From the NCBI GenBank assembly GCA_035565175.1, contig DATMSZ010000085.1, forward strand, positions 2,325-66,324: DNA of 64,000 nucleotides. Direction: 5' to 3'. This DNA is from Pseudosphingobacterium sp. Lineage in GTDB: Bacteria; Bacteroidota; Bacteroidia; Sphingobacteriales; Sphingobacteriaceae. This document shows, in pieces, positions 60,001-64,000 of this stretch (the stretch's first letter is position 1; each line of letters begins with the position of its first letter). Made by a program: the position numbers and the translations under genes. Under the pieces are notes generated by a model that saw nothing but the letters and a program-made list of their open reading frames with translations, did no database searches and was not told the origin of the DNA.

Positions 60001-62343
60001 ATGCGTAAAATATTAAATGTGGCCCTAGTTAATGCATCCATGCTGATGTTGCTGAACTGTTTATCTTGTGCAGCACCCGGAAAAAGAACGCAGCCTGAAT
60101 TGGCCGACTATGTGAACCCTTTTATCGGGGCAAGCACCAGCGTGGGCGCGGCAGGGGTATATCATGGTCTAGGAAAAACCATTCCAGGGGCTACCACCCC
60201 TTTTGGGATGGTTCAACTAGGGCCCAATACAATTACGGGGGGTGATAATGGTTCTGGCTACAGTTATGAACATAAAACGATCGAAGGTTTTGCTTTTACA
60301 CAAATGAGCGGTATTGGCTGGTTTGGCGATTTGGGAAACCTGTTGGTAATGCCTTCAATTGGGCCATTAAAAACAAATGCAGGCGTGGAGGGACGAACGG
60401 ATGGTTATAGGAGCCATTATAAAAAGGAATCAGAAAAAGCTTCGGCGGGATACTATGGGGTAGAGTTAACGGATCATCATATTAAGACTGAGATGACTGC
60501 AGCAGCGCATAGTGGTATGCTGCGGTTTACCTTTCCGAAAAGTGAACAGGCACATATTCAGATTGACTTAGCTAGGAGGGTAGGCGGTACGGCGACTGCT
60601 CAACAAGTACGGGTACTGGATGAGCACCATATTTCAGGATGGATGCGTTGTACGCCCGACGGTGGTGGCTGGGGAAATGGTGATGGTCAGGCTGATTATA
60701 CGGTTTATTTCTATGCTGAGTTTAGTAAGCCGCTAAAGCATGTCGGTGTTTGGAAGGCGCATATACCGGACACTGCCAAACGAAAAAGGGAACAGGTGGA
60801 AGCCGATTATTATCAGCAATGGATTGCAAATGCGGAGGTATTGCAGGATGTAAAAGCAGCGGAAGGTAAGCACATTGGCTTTTACACAACTTTTGCCACA
60901 GAGGATCAAGAGGAGGTATTGATGAAAGCGGGTATTTCCTTTGTAGATGAAGCCGGTGCAAAAATAAACCTCAAAGCAGAAATAAAAGACTGGGATTTCG
61001 ATGCGTTACACCATGCGGCACGGAAAAGTTGGTCGGACGCTTTAGGAAAAATTCAACTTACAGGAGGCAGTGAGGATGAAAAAACAGTATTCTATACCGC
61101 GCTGTACCGTACAATGCTCGATCCACGCAGTATGCAGGATGTGGATGGCCGCTACCCGGGCGGCGATAGGAAAGCCCATCAGGCCCGTGATGGGCATGTG
61201 CGGCGAACAATCTTTAGCGGCTGGGACGTCTTTAGAAGCCAAATGCCTTTACAAAGTTTAATCAACCCGCAGGTGGTGGGCGATCTGATACAGTCGCTCA
61301 CCGATTTGGCACAGGAAAAAAACAAATCTTATTTTGAGCGGTGGGAGCTACTGAATGCCTATTCGGGCTGTATGATTGGTAATCCGGCCGTGAATGTGCT
61401 GGCCGAGGCTTATGCGAAGGGAATCCGCAATTATGATGTGGAACGTGCCTATCAGTTGGCTGTGGGATCTTTGGAGAAATTTGGCAATGGGAATCAGCTC
61501 TATACGTCGGGCAATCAGGGGATATCGCTTACTTTAGAATATGCCTATAACGACTGGTGCCTTGGTAAACTGGCAGAGAAGCTGGGTAAGCAGGCAGAGG
61601 CCGATAAGTTCTTGAAGCGGTCTTTGGCCTACCAGAATTTATTTGATAAGGAAAAAGGTTGGTTCAGACCGAAGGATGAGCAGGGGAATTGGCTGCCCTG
61701 GCCGGTTAAGGGGAGAGAAGAACAATGGTACGGAACGATCGAATGTAACCCTTATCAGCAGGGATGGTTTGTACCTCACGATATCGATGGCTTGGCGGAC
61801 TTGATAGGGGGAAAGAAAAGAATGTTAGCCGATTTAGAATCTTTTTTTGAACGTACACCTGCTGATTTTAGCTGGAATGACTTTTATAATCACGCTAATG
61901 AACCGGTGCATCATGTGCCTTTCTTATTCAATAAGTTGGGAAAACCCTCCTTAACGCAAAAATGGACAAGGCAAATATGCGAACAAGCTTATCACAATGC
62001 AGTAGAGAAGGGGTTGGTAGGAAATGAAGATGTTGGCCAGATGTCGGCTTGGTACGTATTGGCGTCGAGTGGTATACACCCGATTGCAGCAGCCGACGGC
62101 ACTTATGAAATTACTAGTCCGGTATTTGATAGCATCCGCATTCGTGTTGATAATAGGAGTGGTAAGGGCGGGGAAAAGCATTTTACGATTGTTGCTCATC
62201 ATAACTCTCCGAGAAATCGCTATATCCAGTCGATTCAGTTAAATGGTAAACCCTATCATCGGTCTTATATTTCACATGAGGAAATCATGAATGGGGGTGA
62301 CCTTGTGCTTGAAATGGGGGATACACCACAAGATAATATTTAA
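60001..62343 (+). CDS. GH92 alpha-mannosidase
   Basis: VNPFIGAST...GKTIPGATTPFGMVQLGPNT, FYTALYRTMLDP and LEYAYNDWCLGKLAEKLG motifs. Confidence 0.9.
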   Translation: MRKILNVALVNASMLMLLNCLSCAAPGKRTQPELADYVNPFIGASTSVGAAGVYHGLGKTIPGATTPFGMVQLGPNTITGGDNGSGYSYEHKTIEGFAFTQMSGIGWFGDLGNLLVMPSIGPLKTNAGVEGRTDGYRSHYKKESEKASAGYYGVELTDHHIKTEMTAAAHSGMLRFTFPKSEQAHIQIDLARRVGGTATAQQVRVLDEHHISGWMRCTPDGGGWGNGDGQADYTVYFYAEFSKPLKHVGVWKAHIPDTAKRKREQVEADYYQQWIANAEVLQDVKAAEGKHIGFYTTFATEDQEEVLMKAGISFVDEAGAKINLKAEIKDWDFDALHHAARKSWSDALGKIQLTGGSEDEKTVFYTALYRTMLDPRSMQDVDGRYPGGDRKAHQARDGHVRRTIFSGWDVFRSQMPLQSLINPQVVGDLIQSLTDLAQEKNKSYFERWELLNAYSGCMIGNPAVNVLAEAYAKGIRNYDVERAYQLAVGSLEKFGNGNQLYTSGNQGISLTLEYAYNDWCLGKLAEKLGKQAEADKFLKRSLAYQNLFDKEKGWFRPKDEQGNWLPWPVKGREEQWYGTIECNPYQQGWFVPHDIDGLADLIGGKKRMLADLESFFERTPADFSWNDFYNHANEPVHHVPFLFNKLGKPSLTQKWTRQICEQAYHNAVEKGLVGNEDVGQMSAWYVLASSGIHPIAAADGTYEITSPVFDSIRIRVDNRSGKGGEKHFTIVAHHNSPRNRYIQSIQLNGKPYHRSYISHEEIMNGGDLVLEMGDTPQDNI

Positions 62344-62392
62344 TGAATGATGACACAGCAAGTTAACTTACAGACAAAATAACATATATCAG

Positions 62393-64000
62393 ATGAGAAA
62401 ATCGCTCTTTTTACTACTTACTTTTTGGGTTCATTTTGCTGTTGCACAGGAGGCTGATTTACTCAGGTATGTAAATACCTTACAGGGAACCGACTCGGAA
62501 CCGAAACTATCTTATGGGAATACCTATCCCACCATCGCACTGCCTTTTGCGCAGCATTTCTTTTCGGCACAAACCGGGAAAAACGGTGATGGATGGAAGT
62601 ATAAGTATACGGATAACAGTATTCGGGGTTTTCAGCAAGTGCATCAATGTAGCCCGTGGATGAACGATTATGCGGTGTTTTCATTGATGCCAGTATCGGG
62701 CACTCTGAAAGTGAAGGAAGACGATCGGGCTAGTACATTTAAACATGAAAATGAGTTGGGGAAGCCTAATTACTACAAGGTAACGTTCGACAATGGGGTA
62801 AAAACAGAGATCTCGCCCACGGAAAGAGGTGCGCATATGCGTTTCAGCTTTCCAAAAAAAGACGAAGCACATTTGGTGCTGGATGGTTTCCTGAAAAAGG
62901 CTGCGATCAAAATTATGCCGAAAGAAAAGAAAATTATCGGTTATGTTAAGAATGGCTTGTTTACGCAGGAGAATTTTAAAAATTACTTCGTGATGGAATT
63001 TGACCAACCTTTTAGCGCTTTTGGTACTTGGACGGTAAAAGGAGAAGGTGTAAATGCGGGAGAAGTTACCATTGACGGTGAACAAGTAGGGGCCTATCTG
63101 ACATTTAAAAAAGGAGCAAAGGTGCAGGTAAAAATGGCTTCTTCGTATGTTAGTGAAGAGCAAGCGGTATTGAATTTACACCGCGAGTTGGGAGATCATA
63201 AAAACTTGGAAGAAACAAAGCAAGAAGGGGCTGTTATTTGGAATAAACTGCTAGGTAGAGTGTTGGTAGAAGGTGGTACGGAGGAGGAAATGGCGACCTT
63301 CTACTCTTGTTTGTTTCGGGCAAACCTCTTTTCGAGGAAATTTTACGAGTTGGATGAAACAAATAAACCCATTTATTTCAGTCCGTATGACGGAAAGATC
63401 CACAAGGGATACATGTACACGGATAACGGCTTTTGGGATACCTTTCGCGCTCAATTTCCTTTGAATAATATCTTGCATAGAGAAATGCAGGGGCGCTACA
63501 TGCAGTCGCTTTTGGACGCATACGATCAGTCGGGATGGCTGCCCACTTGGTCAAATCCGGGTATGTCGGGTGTAATGCTCGGTAACCACGCCATCTCATT
63601 ATTGGCAGATGCTTGGGTAAAGGGGGTGCGTACTTTCGATCCGGAAAAAGCATTAGAGGCTTACTTACATGAAGCAACAAACCGGGGGCCTTTTGGCGGA
63701 TCTAATGGTAGAGAGGGATGGGAAAGTTATTTTATTAAAGGCTATATTCCTTATGGGAAGATCCATGAAACAACAGCCAAAACACTGGAGTATGCGTACG
63801 ACGACTTTTGTGCCTACCAACTCGCCAAGGCTATTGGTAACGACTATTATGCTGGAATATTTGAGCGACAGATGTACAACTACCGTCATGTATGGGATCC
63901 GAAAGTTGGATTTATGAGGGGGAAATTGGAAGATGGTAGTTGGATGCCGAATTTTGACCCCATAGAATGGGGGGGCGCTTTTACCGAAGGAAATTCTTGG
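62393..64000 (+). CDS. GH92 alpha-mannosidase; 3' end runs off the window; absent from the supplied ORF track
   Basis: My own translation from the ATG at 62393 gives MRKSLFLLLTFWVHFAVAQE..VNTLQGTDSEPKLSYGNTYPTIALPFA..., and later FYSCLFRANLFSRKFYELDE..MYTDNGFWDTFRAQFPL and LEYAYDDFCAYQLAKAIG. The frame appears open to nt 64000 (536 codons): I translated the segments quoted here, and no closed + strand ORF is listed in this frame. Confidence 0.85.
   Translation, partial: MRKSLFLLLTFWVHFAVAQEADLLRYVNTLQGTDSEPKLSYGNTYPTIALPFAQHFFSAQTGKNGDGWKYKYTDNSIRGFQQVHQCSPWMNDYAVFSLMPVSGTLKVKEDDRASTFKHENELGKPNYYKVTFDNGVKTEISPTERGAHMRFSFPKKDEAHLVLDGFLKKAAIKIMPKEKKIIGYVKNGLFTQENFKNYFVMEFDQPFSAFGTWTVKGEGVNAGEVTIDGEQVGAYLTFKKGAKVQVKMASSYVSEEQAVLNLHRELGDHKNLEETKQEGAVIWNKLLGRVLVEGGTEEEMATFYSCLFRANLFSRKFYELDETNKPIYFSPYDGKIHKGYMYTDNGFWDTFRAQFPLNNILHREMQGRYMQSLLDAYDQSGWLPTWSNPGMSGVMLGNHAISLLADAWVKGVRTFDPEKALEAYLHEATNRGPFGGSNGREGWESYFIKGYIPYGKIHETTAKTLEYAYDDFCAYQLAKAIGNDYYAGIFERQMYNYRHVWDPKVGFMRGKLEDGSWMPNFDPIEWGGAFTEGNSW

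Noticed and set aside
62463-63889. Series of minus-strand and off-frame ORFs (73-160 aa) listed in the track
   Set aside because: They overlap the unlisted + strand GH92 gene, whose translation has strong family motifs. These are shadow ORFs.
1-64000. Search for CRISPR arrays, tRNA/rRNA genes, IS elements, integrases, prophage or known defence-system genes
   Set aside because: I found no spaced direct-repeat arrays, no tRNA-like or rRNA-like sequences, and no transposase, integrase or recombinase-like ORFs. No ORF carries nuclease, helicase or other motifs suggestive of a known defence system. The window appears to be metabolic and regulatory chromosome.

Overview
This window looks like a chromosomal segment from a Bacteroidota genome, probably Sphingobacteriia-like. 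Evidence for that placement: SusC/SusD pairs, lipobox-bearing SusD proteins, TAnnTTTG-type promoter boxes, no Shine-Dalgarno dependence, and moderate AT-richness judged by eye (not computed). I saw no rRNA, tRNA, CRISPR array, transposase or integrase. Three polysaccharide-utilisation loci (PULs) share one control architecture: ECF sigma factor, FecR-type anti-sigma, SusC with an N-terminal STN signalling domain, then SusD. PUL-A (6083-18641, plus a convergent GH92 at 18650-21904) has unusual cargo. After susC/susD come three tightly packed exported proteins: an 823-aa lipoprotein of no family I recognise with an internally duplicated C-terminal module, a 363-aa protein with a DAVTGAT FMN-attachment-type motif, and a Sec-exported FAD-Rossmann oxidoreductase with an N-terminal beta-sandwich-like domain. 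This is my best candidate for an undescribed system, namely a periplasmic flavin-based redox module embedded in a glycan-uptake locus. PUL-B (22090-35232) carries GH115 and two GH43 enzymes. PUL-C (49239 to the window end) carries a divergent GH38-like protein, an SGNH esterase and two GH92 enzymes. The last GH92 runs off the window and is missing from the supplied ORF track. Between PUL-B and PUL-C lies a mixed accessory stretch: MocR/EamA pair, DUF3592, an orphan protein, RibD_C reductase, AraC, DinB, DUF1330, epoxide hydrolase, TonB receptor, sulfatase, S41 peptidase and DUF1801. Several of its intergenic regions show clear operator-like repeats. The left end (2-5937) holds small redox and regulator genes. 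All functional calls rest on motifs I recognise by eye. No database search was run.
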